A DNA stretch of 64,000 nt from Candidatus Poriferisocius sp. (GTDB lineage Bacteria; Actinomycetota; Acidimicrobiia; Acidimicrobiales; Bin134). Below are positions 40,238 through 49,551 of this stretch, one piece after another. Made by a program: the position numbers and the translations under genes. Position 1 is the stretch's first letter; each line of letters starts with the position of its first letter. The notes beneath the pieces were generated by a model. It saw only the letters and a program-made list of their open reading frames with translations, ran no database searches and was not told the DNA's origin. The stretch is taken from the NCBI RefSeq assembly GCF_965214065.1, contig NZ_CBDCAT010000026.1:180922-244921 (forward strand), read 5' to 3'.

Positions 40238-40801
40238 ATGGCGGCGCCAGGCGGCACCGGTGTCGTAGGCCCGTTTCCCGAACATGTCGGGGATGATCCC
40301 GAAGTCCAAGAATCGTACGACCGCCTTCGTAGGCGGGTGTTGTGGAGCCTGCCCTACGGCTTATATGTGGTGGGGTCGAGAGCGGGGGAGCGCCGCAACG
40401 GCATGACCCTCAACTGGGCTACACAACTGGCCTTCGAGCCCAAGCTGGTGGGGATCGGAGTGGAGCATCCGGCCTACACCCACGAGCTCATCACCGAGGG
40501 CAAGGTGTTCAGCCTGTGTACCATCTCCCGCGAGGACCGGGCCATCGTTCGAAAGTTCACCAAACCGGTCGAGGTGGATCTTGCGGCCATGACCCTCAAC
40601 GGCTTCGCGTTCCGCGACGGGGTCACCGGCGCGCCCATCTTGGACTGCGCCCCCGCCTATCTTGACTGCGAGGTGCGCGACGCAGTTGTCACCGGGGCCC
40701 ACACCCTGTTCATCGGCGAGGTGGTGGACTGCGGCTTCCAGGCCGACGAGGACACCCCCGTCCTCCGCATGGAGGACACCCGCATGAACTATGGGGGATA
40801 G
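40238..40801 (+). CDS. flavin reductase family protein (FMN-binding split barrel)
   Basis: …LPYGLYVVGSRAGERRNGMTLNWATQLAFEPKLVGIGV… The ATG lies 1 nt after the upstream stop. Confidence 0.8.
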   Translation: MAAPGGTGVVGPFPEHVGDDPEVQESYDRLRRRVLWSLPYGLYVVGSRAGERRNGMTLNWATQLAFEPKLVGIGVEHPAYTHELITEGKVFSLCTISREDRAIVRKFTKPVEVDLAAMTLNGFAFRDGVTGAPILDCAPAYLDCEVRDAVVTGAHTLFIGEVVDCGFQADEDTPVLRMEDTRMNYGG

Positions 40802-40827
40802 AGATCTCCACTGAATTCACTGGTGCA

Positions 40828-41370
40828 GTGCTTGCCGGAGGTCAGAGCCGGCGAATGGGCACCGATAAGGCGTTCATCGAGGTGGAGGGGCGGTGGCTGA
40901 TTTCCAGTGCCCTGGCCGCACTGGATGAAGCCTCGCAACGCCTAATCGTTGGTGGGACTGATCCCCGGCTGGAATGGGCCGCGACCGCCGTCGATGCCCA
41001 GCACGTAGCCGACGACTGGCCTGGTGAGGGTCCGCTGGGTGCAGTGGCCACTGCACTCGGCCAAGCTCGCCATCCAATAACGGTGATCTTGCCCTGCGAT
41101 ATTCCTGCCATCAGCACCGTGGACGTGGCTGTCCTGGTGCAGGCCGTCCGCCAGGCGCTGCCGGCCGCTGCTCCCTCGGCGGCGATTTTCACCGACCAGC
41201 GCCGCCACTACCTGCCCCTGGCCATCGACTCTGGATCAGCTGGGCTGGCCAAGAGCTTGTTCGAATCCGGCCAGCGCGCCGTTGCCTCGCTGCTAGATGA
41301 GGTGACCGTTGTCGACGTGCCAGCTTCTCCGCCGGCGGTGGCAGACCTCGACGGTCCCGAAGACCTCTGA
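40828..41370 (+). CDS. mobA: molybdenum cofactor guanylyltransferase
   Basis: LAGGQSRRMGTDKAFIEV… N-terminal signature. GTG start. Confidence 0.75.
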   Translation: MLAGGQSRRMGTDKAFIEVEGRWLISSALAALDEASQRLIVGGTDPRLEWAATAVDAQHVADDWPGEGPLGAVATALGQARHPITVILPCDIPAISTVDVAVLVQAVRQALPAAAPSAAIFTDQRRHYLPLAIDSGSAGLAKSLFESGQRAVASLLDEVTVVDVPASPPAVADLDGPEDL

Positions 41371-41392
41371 TCGGGCCACTAACCTCAGCCTG

Positions 41393-41713
41393 GTGGAAAT
41401 CCCTGAGATCGGAGTGGTGGAGCTGGCCGCACTGCTGTCAGACGACATAGTGCTCATCGACGTGCGCGAGCCCGAGGAATACGCCGAAGCCCGTGTGCCC
41501 GGCGCGACCCTCATTCCCCTGGACACCGTCCCCGAACGGGCCCGAGAACTGCCCGATCAGCACTTGTACATGATCTGCGCCTTGGGCGGGCGAAGCCTGA
41601 AGGCCGCTGAGTATCTGACTGCCCATGGCTGGTCGTGCACCAACGTGGCCGGCGGAACCAATGGGTGGATAGAAGCTGGCTACCCCTACGACTCCGGGCC
41701 GCCAGGCGATTGA
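41393..41713 (+). CDS. rhodanese-like domain protein
   Basis: …VLIDVREPEEYAEARVPGATLIPL…YMICALGGRSLKAAEYL… includes the active-site Cys loop. GTG start inferred. Confidence 0.75.
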   Translation: MEIPEIGVVELAALLSDDIVLIDVREPEEYAEARVPGATLIPLDTVPERARELPDQHLYMICALGGRSLKAAEYLTAHGWSCTNVAGGTNGWIEAGYPYDSGPPGD

Positions 41714-42882
41714 GACACGATTCCGCCCCCCCCGAACCGATCACCTCTCGGCGCAAGCTGGCGGCGGTGGTGGCCGATGCCGCGGCCGCCGAAGCCTATG
41801 CCCTGGACACCGAGTTCCACCGCGAGCGCACCTACTACCCCAGGGTGGCACTGGTTCAAATCGCCTGGCGGGACCAGCTGGCCATCATCGACCCGCTGGA
41901 AGCGCCCATCGCAGGGCTGACCGAGCTGCTGGAGGGAGGGGGCCTGGCGGTGCTCCATGCCGCCGAGCAAGACCTAGAAGTTCTCCAACACGAGTGCGGC
42001 ACGCAACCCCGCCGCATATTCGACACCCAGATCGGGGCAGGATTCATCGGATACCACACTCCATCGCTGGCCTCGCTTCATGAGCGCCTGCTGGGAGTGG
42101 ACCTGCCCAAAGAAGCCCGCATGTCCGACTGGTTCCAAAGACCGCTGCCCGATTCCATGCTGACCTACGCCGCGGCCGACGTGGAGCGCTTGTTGGAGAT
42201 CAGCGACATACTGCACCAGGAGCTGCGGGCCCGGGGGCGCCTGGAATGGGCCGAAGAGGAGTGCGCCCTCTTGCTGGAGCGGGCCGACGCAGGGCGGACC
42301 TCCGACAAGGCGTGGCTCCGGATCAAAGAGGTCCGCCGCATGGAGGGCCGGCCCCGGGCACTGGCCCAGGCGGTGGCCAAATGGCGGGAGGAATACGCCG
42401 CCCACATAAACCAGCCTGTTCGCCATATTCTGTCGGACTTGGGAGTGGCAGCGGTCGCCCAGCGCCTACCGCGAACACTCAGCCAGCTGCGGGACATCCG
42501 CGGCGTGGAACCGCGTAACCTCCGCAAGGGAGCGGACAAAGAACTGTTGGATTTCCTCGACCAGATTCGAGGCGCAGACCTCGAAATCGAGCCCCGCGAG
42601 AAAACGCCCAAACTGGATCCGTCTCTCAAGCCGGCGGTCAACCTCATCACCTCGTGGGCGGCCCAGCACGCCGCGGAAGCCGACCTCGACCCCACCCTGG
42701 TGGCCACCCGAAGCGATATCGAGGCACTGCTCCGGGGCGACCCGGCCTGCCGGGCGCTGAGGGGGTGGCGAGCCGATATCGTCGCGGCGCCTGTTCAACA
42801 GCTTTTGGACGGAACCGCGGCAGTAGCCTTCGACAGCCAAGGCAAACTGGTCTTGGAGGAGCGCTCGGGGCGCCCGATATAG
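41710..42882 (+). CDS. rnd: ribonuclease D
   Basis: …AYALDTEFHRERTYYPRVALVQIA…YAAADVERL… (DEDD 3'-5' exonuclease) plus an HRDC-like C-terminus. The TTG start overlaps the rhodanese stop. Confidence 0.8.
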   Translation: MRHDSAPPEPITSRRKLAAVVADAAAAEAYALDTEFHRERTYYPRVALVQIAWRDQLAIIDPLEAPIAGLTELLEGGGLAVLHAAEQDLEVLQHECGTQPRRIFDTQIGAGFIGYHTPSLASLHERLLGVDLPKEARMSDWFQRPLPDSMLTYAAADVERLLEISDILHQELRARGRLEWAEEECALLLERADAGRTSDKAWLRIKEVRRMEGRPRALAQAVAKWREEYAAHINQPVRHILSDLGVAAVAQRLPRTLSQLRDIRGVEPRNLRKGADKELLDFLDQIRGADLEIEPREKTPKLDPSLKPAVNLITSWAAQHAAEADLDPTLVATRSDIEALLRGDPACRALRGWRADIVAAPVQQLLDGTAAVAFDSQGKLVLEERSGRPI

Positions 42883-42898
42883 GAAGCTGGTCAGCAAG

Positions 42899-43402
42899 AT
42901 GACAGACCGGGAATGGCTGGACTGGGCCTCGTATGGCCATGCAGTGCGGGAGTTGGCCGCGTTGGTGGCCGACGACGGCTATCGGCCTGAAATGATCTTG
43001 GCCATTGCCCGGGGTGGCCTGTTCTGTGCTGGGTCGCTGGGCTACGCCCTGTCGATCAAGAACATCTACGTGATGAACTGCGAATACTACACCGGGGTGG
43101 ACGAGCGGCTTCCCGTTCCAGTGATGCTTCCGCCGGCCGTCGACCTGGTGGACCACCGCAACTCCAAGATCCTCATTGCCGACGATGTGGCCGATACCGG
43201 CCACACCCTCAAGATGGTCTACGACTTCTGTGTGGACCGAGTCGGCGACGTGCGCTCAGCCGTGCTCTACGAAAAGTCCCATTCCCTCGTGAAATGCGAC
43301 TACGTGTGGAAGCGCACCGACCAGTGGATCAACTTTCCGTGGTCCACCGATCGGCCGCTGGTCAGCGCCGAAGAGGCTCGTCACCGAGTGCTCGACGCCT
43401 GA
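42899..43402 (+). CDS. phosphoribosyltransferase (purine PRT-like)
   Basis: PRPP-binding loop ILIADDVADTGHTL. Confidence 0.8.
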   Translation: MTDREWLDWASYGHAVRELAALVADDGYRPEMILAIARGGLFCAGSLGYALSIKNIYVMNCEYYTGVDERLPVPVMLPPAVDLVDHRNSKILIADDVADTGHTLKMVYDFCVDRVGDVRSAVLYEKSHSLVKCDYVWKRTDQWINFPWSTDRPLVSAEEARHRVLDA

Positions 43403-43577
43403 GGGGCTGGTCATCCCAGCTCCCACAATCAGGCCTCCATCCGGCCAGTTCATGCTGGCAGTGTGCAAAAGCTGGGAGCGGAGTGGTTAGACTGGCCCGC
43501 ATGAAAGCTTAGGGGGGCGAAGTACCCTCTAATGCCGGTGCCGAAAATGCCGCCGGCTCGATTTAGCGGAGCCGCCC

Positions 43578-43796
43578 ATGAAAAAGGGACGCCACCGTCG
43601 TTACGAAGAAGCCCGCGCGCTGAAGCACACAAGCGACGACTTCGACGTTATGTTCAAGGAGAACGAGGACCCGTGCGTGGAGTGTGGAGCAATTCCCGGG
43701 GAGGAGTGCCGCCTAGTCAAGGTGGGTGCCAAGCCTTGGTGCGAATACCGGGATAACCCTTCAACCGATAGCGTCGACGAGCTCTTTCCTAGCTGA
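43578..43796 (+). CDS. small basic Cys-containing hypothetical protein (72 aa)
   Basis: ATG preceded by GCGGAG. MKKGRHRRYEEARALKH…CVECGAIPGEECRLVKVGAKPWCEY has CxxC…C…C spacing. No family recognised. Confidence 0.4.
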   Translation: MKKGRHRRYEEARALKHTSDDFDVMFKENEDPCVECGAIPGEECRLVKVGAKPWCEYRDNPSTDSVDELFPS

Positions 43797-43814
43797 CAGC
43801 CCCAAAAACCCTGG

Positions 43815-45527
43815 TCATACGCCTTCGGTCTCGTCCAGGATCTCATCCAATCTAAGGATGTCGTCGGCTCGCACCACTCCTATGAAGGTGCCGTCGTCGT
43901 CGGTCACCGGAAGTTGATCGGTGTCGTAGCCATCCATCTGGGCCACCGCGTCGCGCAGCGTCCACGAAGGACGGGCCGTGGGCAGATCGCGTCGGGCGAT
44001 ATCGGCGACCAGCGTGTCGTTCCAAAGATCGCGCTCCAACTCGCTCATCTGCTCTAGGCCGCACATCCCGAGGTACGAACCACCGTCGACCACCGGAACT
44101 TCCCGCTCGCGTCGGCCGAGAAGGTGGATGTACACCAGCTCGCTCACCGTGGCATCGGGGGGCACGGTGAGGGTGTCGGTGGTTAGCGCGGAGGTGAGCG
44201 GCAAGGCGAGCCGGCGCTCGACGAGCCCCTCTCGTTTCTCAAGCTGGTAGGAAGCCACCGAGCTGGATCCGACTACCAGCTGCGACACCGCGGCGGCTAT
44301 CAGCGCGGGGACCACGAACACCGACGCTCCGGTGCTCTCGGCCACGAACATAACCGCAGTTATGGGCGCCCGATATCCGGCACCCAAAAAGGCCGCCAGC
44401 CCCAGCGTGCGGTACAGCCCGATGTCTGCCACCCCCATGGCCTGGCCCACGAAGCTGCCCACGATCACTCCCTGGACAGCCAGGGGTATGAACAAACCGC
44501 CGGTACCCCCGGCGCCCACGGTGGTGAGGGTGGCGACCACCCTGAAGACCAGAAGGCTGCCGATGAGCAGCAGCGTGTGCTCTCCGTCTCGCAGCCATTC
44601 GGTGGCCTCCACACCGGGGCCCAGGCTCAAAGGCTGGTCGAAAACGGCGTCGGTAGCCACCACCAGTCCAGCCAGCACCGCACCGCCGAGCAGGATTCTG
44701 ACGCCAACGGGGTACTGCCGCTCCAATTCCTTGGCCTGGCGCACCAGCCAGGCGAATCCCCGACCGCCCAGCCCGGCTACCAGGCCGAGCAGCGCGCCCC
44801 CGCCCAAATGGATGATGCTGAGATTTCCGGTATGGCTGCCCAGATCGATAACCGGGTCGGTGCCCAGCACAGCCACGTACACCAGGTAGCCCGATGCGGA
44901 GGCCAGAAGCGCCGGCAGCAGCGCCCGGCGGGCCACGTCATCGCGATAGGGCGCCTCCAGGGCGAAGATCACCCCGGTGGCCGGGGTCTTGAACACCGCG
45001 GCTATGCCAGCGGCTGCCCCCGCGGTGAGCAGCAACTTGGCTTCCTCCCGACGCAGCCACCGGCCGAACAGACCCTGGGTGCTGTGGCCGACGGTGGCAC
45101 CGGCATAGACCGAAGGGCCCTCAAGTCCCACCGAGCCACCCAGGCCGATGGTGGCCACGCCGGCCAGTAGTTTGGCGGGAAGCTGGGAGAGGGGCAATCG
45201 GGGGTGGCGCTCATGGAAGGCCCGCACGTATTCGTCGGAGGTCGACGGGGTGGCGCCCCGCCCGATATAGCGCAAAATGGCCACCGCGGCGAACAGGCCG
45301 ACTGCTGGAGCCGCCGCCTGCCACCACAGAGGGCCATGCAGAATGCGCTCCAACAGCACCTCGACAGTCAGTTGCTCGAACCCGGCCACCAACAATCCCA
45401 CCAAAGCTCCGGTGAGGATAGAGAGCACCATCATCGCCGGGAAGGCCCGTCTCGGCCGGAAGGAGGCCAGCAGCCCCACTCCTGATCGCGCGATCCTTCC
45501 GCCTAGAAGAGCTTGGAGTGCTTGCAT
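43815..45527 (-). CDS. ClC-family chloride channel/transporter with a C-terminal CBS pair
   Basis: GSVGLEGP, GIFALE-type and GxFxP (GGLFIP) motifs, with a CBS-like tail. Confidence 0.85.
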   Translation of the reverse strand: MQALQALLGGRIARSGVGLLASFRPRRAFPAMMVLSILTGALVGLLVAGFEQLTVEVLLERILHGPLWWQAAAPAVGLFAAVAILRYIGRGATPSTSDEYVRAFHERHPRLPLSQLPAKLLAGVATIGLGGSVGLEGPSVYAGATVGHSTQGLFGRWLRREEAKLLLTAGAAAGIAAVFKTPATGVIFALEAPYRDDVARRALLPALLASASGYLVYVAVLGTDPVIDLGSHTGNLSIIHLGGGALLGLVAGLGGRGFAWLVRQAKELERQYPVGVRILLGGAVLAGLVVATDAVFDQPLSLGPGVEATEWLRDGEHTLLLIGSLLVFRVVATLTTVGAGGTGGLFIPLAVQGVIVGSFVGQAMGVADIGLYRTLGLAAFLGAGYRAPITAVMFVAESTGASVFVVPALIAAAVSQLVVGSSSVASYQLEKREGLVERRLALPLTSALTTDTLTVPPDATVSELVYIHLLGRREREVPVVDGGSYLGMCGLEQMSELERDLWNDTLVADIARRDLPTARPSWTLRDAVAQMDGYDTDQLPVTDDDGTFIGVVRADDILRLDEILDETEGV

Positions 45528-45561
45528 CCTGTCGGTCTCACTGCCGGTATCCTACTGGCCG

Positions 45562-47013
45562 ATGAGGTTTCTTCGAACCACTGGTAAAGACCCCCTTGTG
45601 GAGGATCTCTGCCAAGTACTGCCTGCCGACCGGGTTAGGGCCGCCACTCTGGAGCGCTCCATCATGGGCCGGGACGCCTCGATCTTCGAGGGGGGCCAGG
45701 CCGGTCCGGTGTGCTTTCCGATCAGTACTGAAGAGGTACAGGGCTGTGTGGATGCGGCGCGGCGCAACGGCCGGGCGGTGGTTCCCCGAGGGGCGGGCAC
45801 CGGTTTGGCCGGGGGGGCAGTGCCCTTGGATGAACCGGTGGTGGTGGTCACCACCAAGATGAACCGCCTGCTATCGGTGGATGCGGATCAGAGGGTGGCC
45901 TGGGTCCAGCCGGGCATGATCAACCTGGACCTCAGCCGGGCCGTGGCGGAGTATGGCCTGCATTTCGCTCCCGATCCCTCCAGCCAGCAGGTGTGTTCGC
46001 TGGGTGGAAACGTGGGCACCAACGCCGGCGGTCCCCACTGCCTGGCCCATGGAGTGACTAGTGCCCATGTGCTGGCCGCAGAGGTGGTTCTCATGTCGGG
46101 CGAGGCCGTGGTGCTGGGCGACCCCGACGGCTGGGCCCCTGGGTTGGACCTGCGGGGGGCGTATGTGGGCTCGGAGGGAATGCTCGGAATCACGACCAGC
46201 ATCGCAGTGCGGCTCACTCCGAACCCGCCCGCGGTGCAGACCCTGCTGCTGGCCTTCGACTCGGTGGACGAGGCGGCTCAGACGGTGAGCGCGGTGATCG
46301 CCGACGGCATCGTGCCCGCGGCCATCGAGATGATGGACAAGAACATCATCTGGGCAGTGGAGAACTTTGTGGGGGCTGGCTTTCCCACCGATGCGGCCGC
46401 GGTGGTGATTGTGGAGGTTGATGGGCTGCCCGGCGGGGTGGCGGCTGAGGCCGATCGGGTGGCTGAATTGGCTGTTGAGCGAGGCGGGAGCGTCCGTCGA
46501 GCAGCTGACGACAACGAGCGAGCTTTGATATGGAAGGGCCGCAAGAGCGCGTTCGGCGCCATCGCCCAGATAAAGCCCAACTACTACCTGCACGACACGG
46601 TGGTGCCCCGAACTCGACTGGCCGAGGTGATGAACCAGGTATACGAGATCGTCGAAGAGCACGATTTGCAGGTAATGAACGTGTTCCACGCCGGCGATGG
46701 CAACCTCCACCCGTTGCTGCTCTACGACCGCCGGGAGCCGGGGATCATGGACCGGGTTCACGCCGCGGGATCGGCCATCATCGAGGCCTCCTTGGCCGCA
46801 GGTGGGGTGCTGTCGGGCGAGCACGGCATCGGTATCGAGAAGCGTGATTTCATGCCGCTCATGTTCAGTGAGGCCGACTTGGACGCCCAGGCCCGGTTGC
46901 GTCAGGCGTTCGACCCTGACGAGATGGCCAACCCCGGCAAAGTGCTGCCCACCGGAGCCAGCTGCGCCGACGTGAACGCGCTCGAGAAAGTGCCCGAAGG
47001 AGTGTGGGGATAG
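45562..47013 (+). CDS. glcD: FAD-linked oxidase; glycolate oxidase subunit GlcD-like
   Basis: …VVPRGAGTGLAGGAVP… FAD-binding PCMH domain and C-terminal GEHGIG. Start at an internal Met with a canonical N-terminus. Confidence 0.85.
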   Translation: MRFLRTTGKDPLVEDLCQVLPADRVRAATLERSIMGRDASIFEGGQAGPVCFPISTEEVQGCVDAARRNGRAVVPRGAGTGLAGGAVPLDEPVVVVTTKMNRLLSVDADQRVAWVQPGMINLDLSRAVAEYGLHFAPDPSSQQVCSLGGNVGTNAGGPHCLAHGVTSAHVLAAEVVLMSGEAVVLGDPDGWAPGLDLRGAYVGSEGMLGITTSIAVRLTPNPPAVQTLLLAFDSVDEAAQTVSAVIADGIVPAAIEMMDKNIIWAVENFVGAGFPTDAAAVVIVEVDGLPGGVAAEADRVAELAVERGGSVRRAADDNERALIWKGRKSAFGAIAQIKPNYYLHDTVVPRTRLAEVMNQVYEIVEEHDLQVMNVFHAGDGNLHPLLLYDRREPGIMDRVHAAGSAIIEASLAAGGVLSGEHGIGIEKRDFMPLMFSEADLDAQARLRQAFDPDEMANPGKVLPTGASCADVNALEKVPEGVWG

Positions 47014-47925
47014 GTGACCGGCGGGGAGGCCGGAGAAGCGCTGGAGTCGTTCGCCGCCGAGGTGGGGGCAGATGGCCCAGTGGCTGTGGTCGGCGGACGT
47101 ACCCACTGGGAGGTGGGGGGGCGGTGCCCCGAAGAGACCCGCTTGATGCGGGCTCCGGTGGGAGTGCGGAGTTTTGACCCGGCCGACATGACCATTCGGG
47201 TGGGCGCCGGTACGCCGGCTGAGGAACTCGACACCGCGCTGGCCGAGGCCGGGCAGCGGGCCAACTTGCCGGTATTACCAGGAGCCACCGTGGGCGGTGT
47301 GCTGGCCGTGGGACGCGATGATGAGCATGCTCTGGGCCGAGGGCGGCTTCGCGACGCCCTTTTGGAAGCGGTCTATGTGGCCGACGACGGCCGCCTGGTC
47401 ACCGCAGGCGGCCCGACGGTCAAGAACGTGTCGGGCTTCGACCTATGCCGCCTGCTGGTGGGATCGCTGGGCACACTAGGGCTGCTGGGGGAAGTGATTC
47501 TGCGCACCTGGCCCCGGCCAGCGACCCAGCGATGGCTAGCGGGGCCGTGCGATCCGGTGGAGTTGCGTCGCCTCCTGTTCAGCCCGTCGTCCATCCTGTG
47601 GGACGGCAACACGGTTTGGGTCCATCTGGAGGGCCATGAGTCGGATGTGGAGGCCGAGACTGATCTGGCTCGGTCGCTGGGCTGCGAGCCAACCGATGGA
47701 CCGCCGCCTTTGCCTGCCTATCGGGTACCGACAGGCGCGCTGAAGGCCGAGGGATTCCCCGGCAACTATGTGGTGCAGGTCGGCACCGGATCGGCTTATG
47801 TGTCGGAGCCGATTTCACTTTCCGAGCCCGACCCCGCGGTTATTTCGCTGCACCGGCGGCTGAAAGCCCAGTTCGACCCCCGAGGTCGTCTCAACCCCGG
47901 GCGCGACCCGCTGGCGGCGGCATGA
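47014..47925 (+). CDS. glcE: glycolate oxidase FAD-binding subunit GlcE-like
   Basis: FAD_binding_4-like (…KNVSGFDLCRLLVGSLGTLG…). Positioned between glcD and glcF. GTG start abuts the glcD stop. Confidence 0.75.
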   Translation: MTGGEAGEALESFAAEVGADGPVAVVGGRTHWEVGGRCPEETRLMRAPVGVRSFDPADMTIRVGAGTPAEELDTALAEAGQRANLPVLPGATVGGVLAVGRDDEHALGRGRLRDALLEAVYVADDGRLVTAGGPTVKNVSGFDLCRLLVGSLGTLGLLGEVILRTWPRPATQRWLAGPCDPVELRRLLFSPSSILWDGNTVWVHLEGHESDVEAETDLARSLGCEPTDGPPPLPAYRVPTGALKAEGFPGNYVVQVGTGSAYVSEPISLSEPDPAVISLHRRLKAQFDPRGRLNPGRDPLAAA

Positions 47926-49085
47926 GTGCAAGGGTCTCACTGGGAATCAATCCTGAGGAACTGGCCTCGTGCGTGGCGTGTGGGCTGTGTTTGCCTCACT
48001 GCCCGACGTTTCGGGTAACCGGTGAAGAGTGGGCCTCGCCCCGGGGGCGAATCAGCGCCATGCGCCAGGTGCAGGATCAGGGCGCGGCCATCGACCAGGC
48101 GTTCTTGTCTTCGATGGACACTTGTGTGCAGTGCCGGGGTTGCGAACCGGCCTGTCCGTCGGGGGTGCCGTTCGGCTCGATGATGGAAGCCACTCAGGCC
48201 GAAATGAACCGTCAGCGGCGGGTGGACTGGCGTCGGTGGAGGTTTCGGCTTCTCGGACGTCCTCGACTGCTGAACCTGCTGTCGCGGATGCTGGCCGTGG
48301 CCCAGCGGCTGCGGCTAGTGCCATCCAAGAGGCTGGGGTTGCCCAAGATTCCCCTGCGACAAGATCGGCTTCAAGCTTCGGGCGACGACGTGTGGCTGTT
48401 CACCGGTTGCGTGATGGACGCCTGGCAGCGGTCGACCCATGCGGCGGTGAAGCGGGTGGTGGAAGCAACTGGGGCCGGGGTGGCTCTGCCCGGTGCCGGT
48501 GCCGCGTGCTGCGGAGCGCTTTCGCTCCACGCTGGCTTGGATGACCATGCCCGCTCATTGGCGGTGCGAACGATGAAGACTCTGGACGGCTCGGCCCCGA
48601 TTCTGGTGGACTCGGCGGGATGCGGGGCCGCCCTCAAGGAGTATGGCAAGCACTTGGGCACGCTAGAGGCCATTGCCTTCAGCGAGCGGGTGCTGGACGT
48701 CCACGAGTGGCTAGCGGCCCATGCCGACCGACTGCCATTGGTGGGGGAGCAGGCTGAGGAACTGACCGTGGCGGTTCACGACCCCTGCCATCTGCGCCAT
48801 GTGCAGCGGGCGCATGAGCCCGTAGCCGAGGTACTGGCCCGCTACGCCAACGTGGTGACCCTGGACGACGACGGCCTGTGCTGCGGGGCCGGTGGCGCCT
48901 ATGCGGCCATGCAACCGGATCTGGCGGCGTCGATTCGAGAGCGCAAGCTGGAGGCCATAAGGCGCTCTGGCGCAACTATCGTGGCCAGCGCCAACCCCGG
49001 CTGCACCATCCATTTGGCCAACGCCGGAGTGGCAGTGCGCCACCCCCTGGAAATCGTGGACGAGGTTTTGGACAGTGACCGTTGA
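47922..49085 (+). CDS. glcF: glycolate oxidase iron-sulfur subunit GlcF-like
   Basis: Two 4Fe-4S motifs (CVACGLCLPHCP, CVQCRGCEPACP) plus Cys-rich CCG domains. Confidence 0.85.
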   Translation: MSARVSLGINPEELASCVACGLCLPHCPTFRVTGEEWASPRGRISAMRQVQDQGAAIDQAFLSSMDTCVQCRGCEPACPSGVPFGSMMEATQAEMNRQRRVDWRRWRFRLLGRPRLLNLLSRMLAVAQRLRLVPSKRLGLPKIPLRQDRLQASGDDVWLFTGCVMDAWQRSTHAAVKRVVEATGAGVALPGAGAACCGALSLHAGLDDHARSLAVRTMKTLDGSAPILVDSAGCGAALKEYGKHLGTLEAIAFSERVLDVHEWLAAHADRLPLVGEQAEELTVAVHDPCHLRHVQRAHEPVAEVLARYANVVTLDDDGLCCGAGGAYAAMQPDLAASIRERKLEAIRRSGATIVASANPGCTIHLANAGVAVRHPLEIVDEVLDSDR

Positions 49086-49254
49086 GCACATCCGCACCCA
49101 GCTCGAGCAGATCGCCGAACAACTCGACGACCTGGCCATGTCAGCACTGCGCGACGCGGTGGAAGAAGGGGCCACAACCCGCCCCGAGGAAGAAAAGAAG
49201 CTGACCCGAGCCCGCCGGTCAGTCGAGAAGGCAATCTCGATCTTGGAGGCTTAG
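49075..49254 (+). CDS. possible small helical protein (59 aa), translationally coupled to glcF
   Basis: Below the ORF-track size cutoff. The GTG at 49075 overlaps the glcF stop. VTVEHIRTQLEQIAEQLDDLAMSALRDAVEEGATTRPEEEKKLTRARRSVEKAISILEA has G/C-ending codon usage like the surrounding genes. Confidence 0.35.
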   Translation: MTVEHIRTQLEQIAEQLDDLAMSALRDAVEEGATTRPEEEKKLTRARRSVEKAISILEA

Positions 49255-49551
49255 CCCCTCTTCCGGAAAGGACCTACGCAGATCGACGTTGGTCCTTGCA
49301 GATGTGTATTTGTCGAGTTTGGGCCTTGGAAGAGAAGAAGGCCAGAACCCCGAGGTTGATCGTGACCCCGCCAGCCACTGAAGCTCTTCGCAGCCAGTCA
49401 GCGCCCGTTCGCGCGGTGATCTTCACGGTAATGGCGTTATCTGCACCTGCGGATGGTTGGGCAAGGGGCCGGCACCAAGACGACGGCCATCGTCGCCGCG
49501 ATGCGTCGGATGGCTCGCCGGATGGTTCGCCAAAGAGTAGGCACTGGAGGA

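Noticed and set aside
41726-41733. C8 run near the 5' end of rnd as another slippage tract
   Set aside because: It simply encodes Ala-Pro-Pro (GCC CCC CCC), is only 8 nt long, and sits inside a housekeeping gene. There is no paralogous or regulatory context.
49274-49285. 9-nt match (TACGCAGAT) to the conserved 33-nt element, in inverted orientation, ~270 nt downstream of gene 1
   Set aside because: A single 9-mer match on either strand of 64 kb is expected by chance at roughly this frequency. No G tract or further similarity accompanies it.
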